Part shown: piece by piece, positions 1 to 13,012 of the stretch | Layout of the letters: the number at the start of each line of letters is the position of its first letter | Numbering within the stretch: position 1 is the stretch's first letter | Assembly (NCBI RefSeq): GCF_044704955.1 | Contig: NC_092003.1 | Coordinates: 5,952,001 to 6,016,000 of the forward strand | DNA from: Pristiophorus japonicus | Lineage: Eukaryota | Length of the DNA: 64,000 nt | Direction: 5' to 3' | Notes under the pieces: model-generated | What the model was told of the DNA's origin: nothing | What the model saw: only the letters and a program-made list of their open reading frames with translations | The model's database searches: none | Program-made: the position numbers and the translations under genes

Positions 1-1494
1 GATGGGATTGAAGGCCGATAAATCCCCAGGGCCTGATGGACTGCATCCCAGAGTACTTAAGGAGGTGGTCTTGGAAATAGCAGATGCATTGACAGTCATT
101 TTCCAACATTCCATAGACTCTGGATCAGTTCCTATGGAGTGGAGGGTAGCCAATGTCATAGCAGCACATTTGGAAAGAGGTGACATGATAGGTCCAAGTC
201 AGCATGGATTTGTGAAAGGGAAATCATGCTTGACAAATCTTCTGGAATTTTTTGAGGATGTAACTAGTAGAGTGGACAAGGGAGAACCAGTTGATGTGGT
301 GTATTTGGACTTTCAGAAGGCTTTCGACAAGGTCCCACACAAGAGATTAATGTGCAAAGTTAAAGCACATGGGATTGGGGGTAGTGTGCTGACGTAGAAT
401 GAGAACTGGTTGGCAGACAGGAAGCAAAGAGTAGGAGTAAATGGGTACTTTTCAGAATGGCAGGCAGTGACTAGTGGGGTACCGCAAAGTTCTGTGCTGG
501 GGCCCCAGCTGTTTACATTGTACATTAATGATTTAGACGAAGGGATTAAATGTAGTATCTCCAAATTTGCGGATGACACTAAGTTGGGTGGCAGTGTGAG
601 CTGCGAAGAGGATGCTATGAGGCTGCAGAGTGACTTGGATAGGTTAGGTGAGTGGGCAAATGCATGGCAGATGAAGTATAATGTGGATAAATGTGAGGTT
701 ATCCATGTTGGCGGTAAAAACAGAGACAGACTATTATCTGAATGGTGACAGATTAGGAAAAGGGGAGGTGCAACGAGACCTGGGTGTCATGGTACATCAG
801 TCATTGAAGGTTGGCATGCAGGTACAGCAGGCGGTTAAGAAAGCAAATGGCATATTGGCCTTCATAGCAAGGGGATTTGAGTACAGGGGCAGGGAGGTGT
901 TACTACAGTTGTACAGGGCCTTGGTGAGGCTACACCTGGAGTATTGTGTACAGTTTTGGTCTCCTAACTTGAGGAAGGACATTCTTGCTATTGAGGGAGT
1001 GCAGCGAAGGTTCACCAGACTGATTCCCAGGATGACAGGACTGACATATCAAGAAAGACTGGATCAACTGGGCTTGTATTCACTGGAGTTCAGAAGAATG
1101 AGAGGGGATTTCATAGAAACGTTTAAAATTCTGACGGGTTTAGACAGATTAGATGCAGGAAGAATGTTCCCAATGTTGGGGAAGTCCAGAACCAGAGGTC
1201 ACAGTCTAAGGATAAGGGGTAAGCCATTTAGGACCGAGATGAGGGAAACTTCTTCACCCAGAGAGTGGTGAACCTGTGGAATTCTCTACCACAGAAAGTT
1301 GTTGAGGCCAATTCACTAAATATATTCAAAAAGGAGTTAGATGTAGTCCTTACTACTAGGGGGATCAAGGGGTATGGCGAGAAAGCAGGAATGGGGTACT
1401 GAAGTTGCATGTTCAGCCATGAACTCATTGAATGGCGGTGCAGGCTCGAAGGGCCGAATGGCCTACTCCTGCACCTATTTTCTATGTTTCTATG
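1..1494 (+). mobile_element. CR1 LINE, 3' part of ORF2 (RT), decayed, with 3' tail
   Basis: ORFs 2-397, 410-748 and 681-1271 encode CR1 RT motifs (QHGF..GKSCLTNL, YLDFQKAFDKV, GVPQ, FADD) broken by stops and frameshifts; ends in a (TTCTATGT)-type tail. Confidence 0.95.
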
Positions 1495-1646
1495 ATAGAT
1501 TTTTGAATATTAAGGGAATATTAAGGGATATGGGGATGATGCAAAAAAGTGGAGTTAAGGTAGATCAGCCATGATCTTATTGAATGGCGGAGCAGGCTCG
1601 AGGAGCCGAATGGCCTACTCCTGCTCCTAATTCTTATGTTCTTATA
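1495..1646 (+). mobile_element. Second CR1 3' end appended to the previous tail
   Basis: GATCAGCCATGATCTTATTGAATGGCGGAGCAGGCTCG...TTCTTATGTTCTTAT, the CR1 3' UTR and tail seen in other copies in this window. Confidence 0.8.
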
Positions 1647-1986
1647 ATTCTAATTAAAAGAGCAGTTATCGCACTGAGGAATCAGGCAGATGGTAGCATT
1701 TTGTTTAACACCCAACTTAACATGAATTTAACTTCTAAGGTTTTTATTTGAAATCAATCCAAGAGAGAGGTGGCACATACTTCATGATGAACCATCTGCG
1801 CTGCATGGGTGACTTTATTACGGACATCAGAATGAACTTGCGTGAGGAGGAACTGCGTACCCTTGGTACAAACCAAAACTCAGGGAAGACTAAAGCCCAA
1901 ATTAGCTGATCTTTGTCTGCGTTAGCCCATGAAAGAATGCTTCCTGTACTAGTGTTCTTCATTTGAGGACTGAAGGGTGACCTAAT

Positions 1987-2367
1987 AGAGCACATAAAAT
2001 CTCGGCTGACACTCCAGTGCACTGCTGAGGGAGCGCTGCACTGTCTGAGGTGCTGTCTTTTGGATGAGACGTTAAACCGAATCCCCGTCTGCTCTCAGGC
2101 AGATGTAAAAGATCCCATGGCACTATTTTGAAGAAAGCAGGGGAGTTCTCTCCTGTGTCCTAGCCAATATTTATCCCTCAAGCATCGTAACAAAAACAGG
2201 TTATTTGGTCATTATCACGTTGCTGTTTGTGGGAGCTTGCTGTGTGCCACGTTTCTCACATTCCAACAGTGACTATACGCCAAAAAGTACTTCATTGGCA
2301 GTAAAGCGCTTTGAGACGCCCAGTGGCCGTGAAAGGCGCTATAGAAATGTCAGTCTTTCTTTCTTTT
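1987..2367 (+). mobile_element. DeuSINE (SacSINE1-like), 5'-truncated
   Basis: Deu core GCTGACACTCCAGTGC..CTGAGGGAG..GATGAGACGTTAAACCG and L2-like tail GAAAGGCGCTATAGAAATG. Confidence 0.8.
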
Positions 2368-2371
2368 TATT

Positions 2372-2718
2372 TAAAATTATAAAATAATTTGATAAGAGTA
2401 GACACAGAGAGAGTGTTTCCATTTGTAGGGGAGAGCATAACTAGAGGCCATCAATATAAGATAGTCATCAAGAAATCCAATAGGGAATTCCGAAGAAATA
2501 TCTTTACCCAGAGAGTGGTGAGAATGTGGAACTCGCTGCCACAGGGAGTGGTTGAAGCGAATAGTATAGATGCATTTAAGAGGAGGCTAGACAAGTGCAT
2601 GGGGGAGAAAGGAATGGAGTTAGATGAGGAAAGACGAGAGGAGGCTCGAGTGGAGCACAAATGCCGGCTTGGACTGGTTGGGCCGAATGGCCTGTTTCTG
2701 TGCTGTATATCCTCTGTA
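2372..2718 (+). mobile_element. CR1 3' fragment (different subfamily)
   Basis: TRGH..FTQRVVRMWNSLP translation; a related copy lies on the minus strand at about 47955-48310. Confidence 0.8.
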
Positions 2719-3075
2719 ATTTCCCATGCAGTAAAACGTAGGTGCAGTTTGGCAGGATATCCCCATGTTGACCAACAAAGCAAGTTGCCAGTCTCAATGG
2801 TTGAGCAGCACATATTAAAAGTTGCTCGGACCGGCATCCTGGCCCCGCTCTGCCGCACAGAGACTGAAGGATGGAATCAAAGATAAGGATGTCCAGCCGG
2901 GAAGCTTCCTGCGCTTCACTGCTGTCAGGAATCCCCACAAATGAGGGGGAAGCATTGGAGACGATAAGTGGAAGCATCAAGAACAAAGAGAATGCTGCCT
3001 CCAAGAGTTTGAAATCAGCCATAGGCAATGCAACGTTGAATACAATACAACGAGAAAAGCACTCAATAGGACAAA

Positions 3076-3699
3076 GGGCTGGATTTTCGGGTCTTCTCCA
3101 CTCCGTTTTTTGCCCCAGTGCGGTGGCAATGGCGGCGGTGAGGTGTTCTGGGCGGGCGGTCAGCCTCCAGCGCCCCGCGGCGATCCTCAGGTCCGGTTTA
3201 GCAGTGGCGCGGAGCAGCACCGCCCGGAAGGGCTGTGCCCGGTGTGCAATGCCCCTGCTTGCGACACCGGCGCGGGTTCGAACTTCAGCCCGACCCGTCC
3301 GCCCTGCCCTGCACCGCGTGCGCACTCATCGCCTGGGAAATCGGGGCGGTCCAACCATCCCGTCGGCGTAGAGGTAGGTAATGGACTCCTGAAGTAAGTT
3401 TTTTCTTTTAATTTTTTTTGCGATTTGTGTTGTGGTGGCATGGGCAATGTTTTGGGAATGTTTTTGTGGTATTCTTTTAGTTTCCCTACCCCTCCTCAGG
3501 CAACTTTCGGAGCACTCCCAGCCCTGCTCTTTAGCTCGGGAGTTTCCCATCACAGGGCCCAAGAGAGGTGTACAACGCCTCCCTTCGCACCGCCGCCCTA
3601 ACGCAGGGCCCAGCTGCCCAATGTTACTTACTGAGGCGTAGACTATTCCGACCCGCCAACATTATCGCCCCAAAAACAGCAAAGCCGAAAACCCAGTCC
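3076..3699. mobile_element. Non-autonomous DNA transposon (Harbinger-like MITE)
   Basis: TIRs GGGCTGGATTTTCGG / rc GGACTGGGTTTTCGG, 3-bp flanks AAA/AAA, GC- and CpG-rich interior. Confidence 0.65.
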
Positions 3700-4034
3700 A
3701 AAATGTCTGTGGCTTTGTCTTTTCTTGCACAACAGAACATCACAAACAAAACCAAGTGATGTTGATGGTAGCAAACAAATGATTGAAGATGCTGGTTATG
3801 GGCGCAAAAGATCTCGCACAGCGCAGGAAGCGAACAGCATCCTATAGGAGACAACGTTACCCATGGCTGGACTGGCAACCTTATCAATGGCACCAAGAGT
3901 ATAAAATCAGAGCAGATGGCACAAGGAAAAATAGTGCTTCAGTCGCCACTTTCTTTAGCTCCTCAATTATGGAAAAGCAATTGTCCGTCAACAATTGTCA
4001 GGGACCTTAACTCTCAACGCAGATAGGACACGAA

Positions 4035-4538
4035 GGGGTTGAAAATCGGTCCCGCCGTGTCTCAGGCGGTGACACTGGCTGAGTGCTGATTTTACCGGCA
4101 GGCGTTAGGTGCCGCCTCAAACTGCAAAATTCAGTTTTGCCGCCCACAGAGATAGCGCGCCAAAAGTGGCATCCTCGGGCGCCAACAGAGTGGCATCTCA
4201 GGAGGCCGACCGAATTTCCCGACGGCATGCGAGTTAAAAAAAAACTCGCTTCCCCACAATACCTAAATGCTAAAAAAAAACATAAACACTTACCTTGATC
4301 CCTGGATGCTACTGCCCCAGGATCCCCGATGCCCTACCACCTTTCCCAGGCTGTACGGACACCTAATCTCGGAGCCGCGATGGCAAGTGGCGGCAGAACG
4401 CACAGCGGTAAGTCACCGCCCAACTAAATTGAGTGGGAGCCCAGGAACCCAGTTGCCGTCGACGGCAAGTACTTAGCCGCCCGTTAGCCGCCCCTCTCCG
4501 GCGGTAATGGGCGGCATAAGATACTGAATTTCGAGCCC
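4035..4538. mobile_element. Harbinger-like MITE
   Basis: Imperfect TIRs GGGGTTGAAAATCGGT / rc GGGCTCGAAATTCAGT; CpG-rich interior. Confidence 0.55.
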
Positions 4539-5076
4539 TAATTCTTTGTTTCTCCAGAACGGATCTTTCACTATAATTTCATTCAGTCCAAACCTTATTT
4601 TGCAAAATCATATTTTATTCCAACTGAGAACTTCAGCCAATTTACTCTTTATTAGCATTGTGTGAGATTGATCGAATGACAGGTCAAGAGGCCTGTCAAT
4701 CATAATTATCAAGGCAGCTGTGACATGCCTCTCGAGGAATATTTAGTTCCGAACAAGCCAAAACCATTGCCAGCTGAAGAAAGGGATTTCCATAAATCAA
4801 ATGCTTATCTGATCTGATCTCCCAAAAAAATGTACCTTTGTGAAAACAAAGGAACCTAATCCATTGTGCTGTAGGGCTGCTTTCTTATTCTTATGATTGG
4901 AAAAGACAATAAACTGAACGTTAGATTGAAGAGCAAGTTGTTACTTTTATTTAGAGCTAAGAAATAGCTATTTTTGGATGAGAAAATTCATGCACTCAGG
5001 TTTAGAGTTTATATCATATGAAAAAAAGCCGGTATTTTGGAACAAGGGAATGTACAATTTACATCCGCATATCTGA

Positions 5077-5201
5077 CTATCTGTCCCACCTGTGACAGGG
5101 ACTGTGGCTCTCGTATTGGACTGTTCAGCCACCTAAGGACTCATTTTAAGGGTGGAAGCAAGTGTTCCTCGATTCCGAGGGACTGCCGATGATGATGATG
5201 A
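5077..5201 (+). mobile_element. RTE-clade LINE 3' end
   Basis: CPTCDRDCGSRIGLFSHLRTH zinc-finger-like end followed by a (TGA)n tail; further copies at about 5760-5917, 19103-19340 and 48325-48710. Confidence 0.8.
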
Positions 5202-6367
5202 TAAAACACCCTCCCAAACGCCACTGATAAAAGGTATGACTCGAGTGACACAAAAATCATTATTTGAATCAGGAGTTCTGAAAAACACCACCAAATTCCC
5301 AGGCTTTTTTTAAGCAGCTGGTCTCCGCTAGACACCAAAGTTCTCAACTTGACATTGTATGGCATTCAAATTCATTCGTTGTTTTCTTTCTCATTTCAGC
5401 CGGAGCGTTTCCAGTGCTGTCCCAACGCTGTGATATTGAGATGGCAACTCTCCCGTTACTGAATGGCCTGTCTCTATGCTGTAAGTTATATGTAACTCTA
5501 TAGGCATTTAAGGGAAGGCTTGATACATACATGAGGGGGAAGGGAATAGAGGGCTACGGTGGGAAGGGTGTGATGTGATAATTGGAGTGTGAGGAGGCTC
5601 ACATGGCGTATAAACACTGACATAGACCAGTTGGGCTGAATGAACATAGGAACATACGAACAAGGAGGTGGCCATTTAGCCCCTCGGCCCGTTCTGCTAT
5701 TCAATGAGATCATGGCTGATCTGCGACCTAACTCCATCTATCCGCCTTTGGCCCATAGGAGCGTGCATCAAACCAGTCCCACCCTCCCCTTCCCTCAACC
5801 ACTGTCTGAACCACCCGTGACAGAGACTGTGGTTTCGGTATTGGACTGTTCAGTCACCTGAGAACTCACTTTTGGAATGGAAGACAGACTTCCTCGACTT
5901 TGAGGAACTGCCTATGAATTTTAAATCTGTTGTTCCTTCACGAGATTTTCCTTTCCAGCAACATAGCTGCTGGAAGGGTGGCAGGTCAGGACAATCCTGC
6001 CCGATTGAGCAGGCGCTGACCCCTGGCGAATTTTCCAGGGTACAGCTAATGATGTACACCAATATCTTTGTGAAAGATAGTTGTTGTAAGCGATTATTGC
6101 TCACTCAGAAGTCCTTTATTTGGTCCTTATATTTGGTCCTTATAAATTGCTCTGCCTACTATGAAAATACTGACCTAATTTTTTTTCAAGTATATGCCAA
6201 CGGCAAGGAACCTCATCTGCCAGACATCGGAACATCACTGGCAATGTGCCCGTCATTTTCTGATACGTGGCAGACGAGATTCCTTGCCTCTGGCTTGTAC
6301 TTGGAAAATTTAGAGCATTCTGTATTATCTTCCATTCAAAAGAATCAGCAAATTGATTGTTGCTGGT

Positions 6368-6709
6368 TGTAATATATGCACCTGTGAGTAATGCTCACAG
6401 GTTTGTGGAGCTGTTTATAGGGGGCACTTGGAAAATTCATGATTTTAATGCCCAAAAAAAAAAAAAAAAAAATACAAAAAAAACAACAAAAAAAACAAAA
6501 AAAGGGCATTGGAAAATGTTTGGAGTGGCCCCCCCCCAGATTGGGGGGTATTTGATTTAAATGTTTTATTTTGTCTCTAAAAGAGTTGTGGAGCTGTTGA
6601 GTTGGGAGTGACTTAGCCAGTCATGTGATGGTCACAAGACTCAATAAAACCCCAGCCAGTTGGGTTCGGGGGATCCACGATGAGGTAGGTGGTTGTGAGC
6701 CTGGTGGAT
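6368..6709 (+). mobile_element. LTR-like repeat (TGTAAT.. family) carrying a 170-bp insert at 6416-6585
   Basis: Aligns with the uninterrupted minus-strand copy at 58702-58975; the insert is flanked by the 13-bp direct repeat TTGTGGAGCTGTT (6403-6415 and 6586-6598). Confidence 0.75.
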
Positions 6710-6760
6710 TGTTATATATGCAATAAAGGTTCAAACTGAGTACTGTTTAACTAAGCAAGG

Positions 6761-6994
6761 TGTCATGTATATTACATTATTATATATTGTATCCTAACAT
6801 GCTATACATGACTGTAATAATATATAACCTGTAACCACCAGCATACCTTACCACCAGGGGTGCACAGATATATAAGGACAGGTCTCAGGCAAGTGCAGCA
6901 TTCCAGAGCTGTGAAATAAAGATGCAGGTCCAGAGTGACCTTGACTTCACTACATGCCTCGTGTGAATCTGTACTGAGGGGACAGGACTTTACA
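6761..6994 (+). mobile_element. Solo LTR nested in another LTR fragment
   Basis: TG...CA termini, TATATAA and AATAAA inside, 5-bp TSD CAAGG (6756-6760 and 6995-6999). Confidence 0.8.
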
Positions 6995-7364
6995 CAAGGT
7001 ACACCCTTGGCTCTGCTTTATTTAGACCCAAAGTGCCTGACTCACAAAATGGCTGGATTATTATGTCTAAATCATGATAAGGGGCTTGAAATCTCAGCTA
7101 CCCAGAAGCAAAATTCTACCAAATGAGGCAAGTTGTTGCAGTTGCTGGACTATTAATATTATTTTGAGGGAGAAGGGAAGAAGTATTAGGCTACAACATC
7201 AAAGTTAAATCCAACTCAAGCAACAGACCATAAAGCCAAGCATTGATTGGACAAGTCTACAGCACAAAGTATGGATTTGTTTGATCTTATTTGCACGATG
7301 CCTATTTTGAAGAGGCAAGCAAGTTGCCTTGTACAATGAATTTGGTGATTCAAAAGGATCTACC

Positions 7365-7860
7365 AAAGGCCACACGAGGAAAAAACCTTTTTACGCAGCG
7401 AGTGCTTAGGATCTGGAATGCGCTGCCTGAAAGGGTGGTGGAGGCAGACTCAATCGTGACTTTCAAAAGGGAGTTGGATAAGTACCCGGAGGAAAAAGAA
7501 TTGCAGGGCTAGGGGGACAGGGCCAGGGAGTGGGACTAGCTGAGGTGCTCTTGCAGAGAGCCGGCACGGGCTCGATGGGCCAAATGGCTTCTTCTGTGCT
7601 GAAACCATTCTATGATTCTCTCAAGATAGGGCATTAATGGGAGGCCTATTAGCATGGGGTAGAGTACCAGAGGGCACGGATTTAAGGTGATTGGCAGAAC
7701 AACCAAAGGCGACATGAGGAAAAACTTTTTCACGCTTTCAAAAGGGAATTGGGTAAGTACCTGAAGGAAATAAATTTGCAGGGTTACTGGGAAAGGGATG
7801 GGGAGGGGGGGAGTGGGACTAGCTGAGGTGCTCTTGCAGAGAGCGGCACTATGATTCTAT
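7365..7860 (+). mobile_element. Two tandem CR1 3' fragments
   Basis: FTQRVLRIWNALP translation and (TTCTATGA) tails, repeated twice. Confidence 0.7.
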
Positions 7861-8018
7861 CAGGTTGACGCACATTCATCCATTCCTTCCCTCCTCTGAG
7901 AATGCAGATATTGATTCCCCCCTTCAAGAAATGCATACTCACAGTTGACACACTGTACCCCGGCAAGATTTAGCTAGCCGCGCTGGGAAATGGAATCCTT
8001 GGCTTTCAGCGTTCTTAC

Positions 8019-8035
8019 CTTTCGAAAAAAGACAC
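8019..8035 (-). CDS. Acylphosphatase coding micro-exon (17 nt, G-V-F-F-R-K)
   Basis: Minus strand reads ttcccttccatttctag|GTGTCTTTTTTCGAAAG|gtaaga; the phase joins exon 17461-17521 to give the signature VQGVFFR with the catalytic Arg. Confidence 0.85.
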
Positions 8036-8551
8036 CTAGAAATGGAAGGGAATAAAACCAAACAAAATAATCAGTCATGATATTCAACAACTGCAATGCT
8101 TACATCGAGAAACTGTTGCCCAGGTTGAGCAGTCCGAAGGTAAGGAGCTGGATGCAAATAAAGATTTCTGCTCAGGCCTGAGGTGCGACAGCCCCTGGAG
8201 CAGTAAGGTCAGTGCTCTTTGGATACCCAGGGTTTCTGGAACTTTTGCCTCTTCTGTTACCAGATGAGTTGAGAACCCTCCACGTGGAGTGGTGGGTGAC
8301 TCTCATCCTGTTAAGTCCAATGTTTGCGGCGTGTTCAGCATCACTCATTTAAAATGGACGCCAACCCGCAAGTATTTCTTTAAACATATGCAGTGATTCT
8401 TGTTCTGTTTGTTGTATTGTTTTGTTACTTCCATCACATCAGTAAATACTTGCACAAATCATTTTTCAATTAAAAAGTATTCTTCTCCTCCGCCCCAATT
8501 TTCATCATCATCATTATCATCATCATGTAAAATACCAATTTTAATCAGTTC

Positions 8552-8753
8552 TGTACGTTCCGAATAACTCCAAGAGACTGTGTTGTAAGCTCAAACCATT
8601 GTGATCTTGGTCTCTTTAATATAACTCCAAAGTGAGGCAGCAGCATGGTGGACTGCCTTTTATACCTGCTTGCTCCAGGGTACACAGAGGACCCATAGGT
8701 CTCCCACAGGTGTGCCCCCTAGTGGCACTTAGGTGAGGTTCACATACATAACA
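8552..8753 (-). mobile_element. Solo LTR
   Basis: TG...CA termini, TSD (A/G)GTTC on both sides, TATAAAA on the minus strand. Confidence 0.7.
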
Positions 8754-8799
8754 GGTTCCCCATCACGGGACTTGCCTTGACACTAGACAGAATCTAAAT

Positions 8800-9218
8800 G
8801 GGCTAGAAATTACGTGGCGCCTCGTTTGGGGCGATAACTTTTGCGATAGCGCAAATCTATCGCCGGACGGCAAGCAAGTGAAACTGATGCAAACTTCCAG
8901 TTTAGCGCTCCGGGGGTGGGAGTGGAGTGCTAAATCAAGCACTACCACTTCCCTTGGAGCTCGAAAGCCAGCGAGAGGGGCGGTAGCAGTGCAGCGCTGC
9001 ACAGTGCCGGGATCTGAGGCTCCTTCCCGCCCTTAAAGGGAAGGGCCTGCGCTGCAGGGTCTGCATGGAAACGATGTCCCTTCTCACCGACAGCAGCCGC
9101 AATCTGCTTCTTTGCCTGCCTGCCGCTCCATTTGTGCTGAGAAACAGAGCAGTAGGCAGATGAAAATCGCCTCCTGTAAGTTTCCACGCATGAAAAACAA
9201 ATAGCCCAATTTCAGCCA
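8800..9218. mobile_element. Harbinger-like MITE fragment
   Basis: Begins GGGCTAGAAA, like the TIR at 52697/53140; ends CCCAATTTCAGCC; GC-rich. Confidence 0.45.
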
Positions 9219-9359
9219 ACATTGTACTCCCTTTGAAATGAATGCAATTCTGAACGTGGAGAATTTATATTATCTTTATCACTTTTTCCAGTCTGACTTT
9301 GACTCTCATCATTTTTTTACTTATACTTAGGTTATAATTTTTTACCATTATTTTACTGA

Positions 9360-9770
9360 TTCTCCTGCTCTTCTTCGAAATAGTGGCCATAGGATCTTTT
9401 ACATCTATCTGAGGGCAGACGGGCCTCGATTCAACATCTCATCCGAAAGTCGGCACCTCCGCCAGTGCGGTGCTCCCTCAGTACTGCCCCTCTGACAGTG
9501 CAACGCTCCAACAGTACTGCCCCTCCGACAGTGCGGCACTCCCTCAGTACTGCCCCTCTGACAGTGCAACGCTCCAACAGTACTGCCCCTCCGACAGTGC
9601 GGCACTCTCTCAGTACTGCCCCTCTGACAGTGCAACGCTCCCTCAGTACTGCCTCTCCGACAGTGCGGCGCTCCCTCAGTACTGCCCCTCCGACAGTGCG
9701 GCGCTCCCTCAGTACCGCACTAGGAGTGTCTGCATAGATTTTTGTGCTCAAGTCTCTGAAGTGGGACTTC
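9360..9770 (-). mobile_element. DeuSINE fragment with internal 33-bp minisatellite (9457-9719)
   Basis: About 8 units of CTCCCTCAGTACTGCCCCTCCGACAGTGCGGCG inside the Deu core. Confidence 0.85.
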
Positions 9771-10151
9771 ATTGGTCACTTACTACAGAAGACTTCAAGA
9801 CTCGTTCTAACCGGTAGCATGAAACATTGGCTGGTCCCAATTCACTCGAATAATCCTGCAATCTACTGCTGTAGAGGTTTAAGTTAAGCAACAATTACTA
9901 AGAGGCCTGCGTTATGTAGGTTACAATAGAGCCAGTCTGTGCTTCAGCTACACAGCATGTAGCACCACCCAGAGGATGGAATTGCACATCAATTTTAAAA
10001 TCCAACACACTCATAAATTCATCAGTATTTTATCGTTGTTGCTTGGAGCAGACCCTTTCCCAAACGTAAACGGCATACAGAAAAAAAAGGGCAGTGGGAC
10101 AGATTGCGGACTCAGTGATATAAATGGAGTTCTGTTCCATTTTTTGCTGAG

Positions 10152-10756
10152 ACATCATCATATCATCATATGCAGTCCCTCAAAATCAAGGAAGACTTGC
10201 TTCCACTCTAAAAGTGAGTTCTCAGGTGACTGCACAGTCCAATATGGGAATTATAGTCTTTGTCACAGGTGGGGCAGACAGTGGTTGAGGGAAGGGGAGG
10301 GTGGGACAGGTTTGCCGCACGCTCCTTCCACAGCCTGCGCTTGATTTCTGCACGCTCTCGGCGACGGAACTTGAGGTGCTCAGCGCCCTCCCGGATGCTC
10401 TTCCTCCACATAGGGCGGTCTTTGGCTAGGTGCCAGTGGGGATGTTGCACTTTATGAGGGTGTCCTTGAAATGTTTCCTCTGCCCACCTGGAGCTCGCTT
10501 GCCATGCAGGAATTCCGAGTAGTGCGCTTGCTTTGGGAGTCTCGTGTCGGGCATGCGAACAATGTGGCCCGCCTAACGGAGCTGGTTGAATGTGGTCAGT
10601 GCTTCAATGTTGAGGATGTTGGCCTAATCGAGAACACTGATGTTGGTGCGTCTGTCCTCCCAGGGGATTTGCAGGATCTTGCGGAGACATCGTAGATGGT
10701 ATTTCTCCAGCGATTTGAGGTGTCTACTGTATATAGTCCACGTCTCTGAGCCATGC
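10152..10756 (-). mobile_element. RTE-clade LINE 3' portion
   Basis: ORF 10208-10450 ends CPTCDKD..HLRTHF; (CAT)n tail on the plus strand. Confidence 0.8.
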
Positions 10757-12811
10757 TGGAGTAAAAATAAAACGGGGAAGGTGACTCAACCGTGGCTAAA
10801 AGGGAAATTAGGGATAGTGTTAAATCCAAGGAAGAGGCATATAAATTGGCCAGAAAAAGAAGCAAACCTGAGGACTGAGAGAAATTTAGAATTCAGCAGA
10901 GGAGGATAAAGGGTATAATTAGGATGGGAAAATAGAGTATGAGAGGAAGCTTGCCGGGAACATAAAAAACGACTGCAAAAGCTTCTATAGATATGTGTAG
11001 AGAAAAAGATTAGTGAAGACCAACGTAGGTCCTTTGCAGTCAGAATCAGGTGAATTTATAATGGGGAACAAAGAAATGGCAGACCAGTTGAACAAATACT
11101 TTAGTTCTGTCTTCACGAAGGAAGACACAAATAAACTTCCGGAAATAGTAGGGGACCGAGGGTCTAGTGAGAAGGAAGAACTGAAGGAAATCCTTATTAG
11201 TCGGGAAATTGTGTTAGGAAAATTGATGGGATTGAAGGCCGATAAATCCCCAGGGCCTGATAACCTGCATCCCAGAGTACTTAAGGAAGTGGCCTTAGAA
11301 ATAGTGGATGCATTGGTGATCATTTTCCAACAGTCTATCAACTCTGGATCAGTTTCTATGGACTGGAGGGTCGCTAATGTAACACCACTTTTTTAAAAAG
11401 ATGGGAGAGAGAAAACGGATAATTATAGACCGGTTAGCCTGACATCAGTAATGGGGAAAATGTTAGAATCAATTATTAAAGAAGAAATAGCAGCGCATTT
11501 GGAAAGTAAAGTCAGGATCGGTCCAAGTCAGCATGGATTTATGAAAGAGAAATCATGCTTGACAAATCTTCTAGAATTTTTTGAGGATGTGACTAGTAGA
11601 GTGGACAAGGGAGAACCAGTGGATGTGGTGTATTTGGGCTCTCAAAAGGCTTTTGACAAGGTCCCACACAAGAGATTGGTGTGCAAAAATAAAGCACATG
11701 GTATTGGGGGTAATGTACTGACGTGGATAGAGAACTGGTTGGCAGACAGGAAGCAGAGAGTCGGGATAAACGGGTCTTTTTCAGAATGGCAGGCAGTGAC
11801 TAGTGGGGTGCCGCAGGGCTCAGTGCTGGGACCCCAGCTATTTACAATATACATCAATGATTTAGATGAAGGAATTGAGTGTAATATCTCCAAGTTTGCA
11901 GATGACACTAAGCTGGGTGGCGGTGTGAGCTGTGAGGAGGATGCTAAGAGGCTGCAGGGTGCCTTGGACAGGTTAGGTGAGTGGGCAAATGCATGGCAGA
12001 TGCAGTATAATGTGGATAAATGTGAGGTTATCCACTTTGGTGGCAAAAACATGAAGGCAGAATATTATCTGAATGGTGGCAGATTAGGAAAAGGGGAGGT
12101 GCAACGAGACCTGGGTGTCATGGTACATCAGTCATTGAAAGTTGGCATGCGGGTACAGCAGGTGGTGAAGAAGGCAAATGGCATGTTGGCCTTCATAGCT
12201 AGGGGATTTGAGTATAGGAGCAGGGAGACTTACTGCAGTTGTACAGGGCCTTGGTGAGACCTCACCTGGAATATTGTGTTCCGTTTTGGTCTCCTAATCT
12301 GAGGAAGGACGTTCTTGCTATTGAGGGAGTGCAGCGAAGGTTCACCAGACTGATTTCCGGGATGGCAGGACTGACATATGAGGAGAGACTGGATCAACTG
12401 AGCCTGTATTCACTGGATGAGAGGGCATCTCATAGAAACATATAAAATTCTGACGGGACTGTACAGGTTCGATGCAGGAAGAATTTTCCCGATGTTGGGC
12501 AAGTCCAGAACCAGGGGACACAGTCTAAGGATAAGGGGTAAGTCATTTAGGACTGAGATGAGGAGAAATTTCTTCACTCAGAGTTCTTAACCTGTGGAAT
12601 TCTCTACCGCAGAGAGCTGTTGATGCCAGTTCGTTGGATATATTCAAGAATGAGTTAGATATGGCCCGTACTGCTAAAGGGATCAAGGAGTATGGAGAGA
12701 AAGCAGGAATGGAGCACTGAGGTGAATGATCAGCCATGATCTTATTGAATAGTGGTGCAGGCTCGAAGGGCCGAATGGCCTACTCCTGAACCTATTTTCT
12801 GTGTTTCTATG
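10757..12811 (+). mobile_element. CR1 LINE, 5'-truncated, decayed ORF2
   Basis: ORFs 11013-11396, 11451-12257 and 12239-12445 carry RT motifs; CR1 tail. Confidence 0.95.
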
Positions 12812-13012
12812 CTGAGACATATTGCAATTGAAAAGAATGTGTTTGTCTTTCTAAAGGTGAGACAGATTGTAACCCACTGAAGTTAACGCATTTAGTTTCT
12901 GATAATGAGACAGGTTACATCCTATTCAATTGAATGAAGTTGTGATTCTTTCAAAAGGACACATAGATTTGTAATATACATTAAATTGCTATTATTAAAA
13001 TGCTATCCATTG

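Noticed and set aside
1744-2022. Minus-strand ORF containing MKNTSTGS, resembling ACYP VKNTSKGT
   Set aside because: Lacks the preceding GW and following QG motifs and has no fitting splice sites; it starts inside a SINE
2576-4476. GC-rich ORFs and CpG-island-like stretches (also 13811-14564 and 31075-31609)
   Set aside because: They lie in TIR-bounded MITEs or similar GC-rich fragments and show no protein motifs
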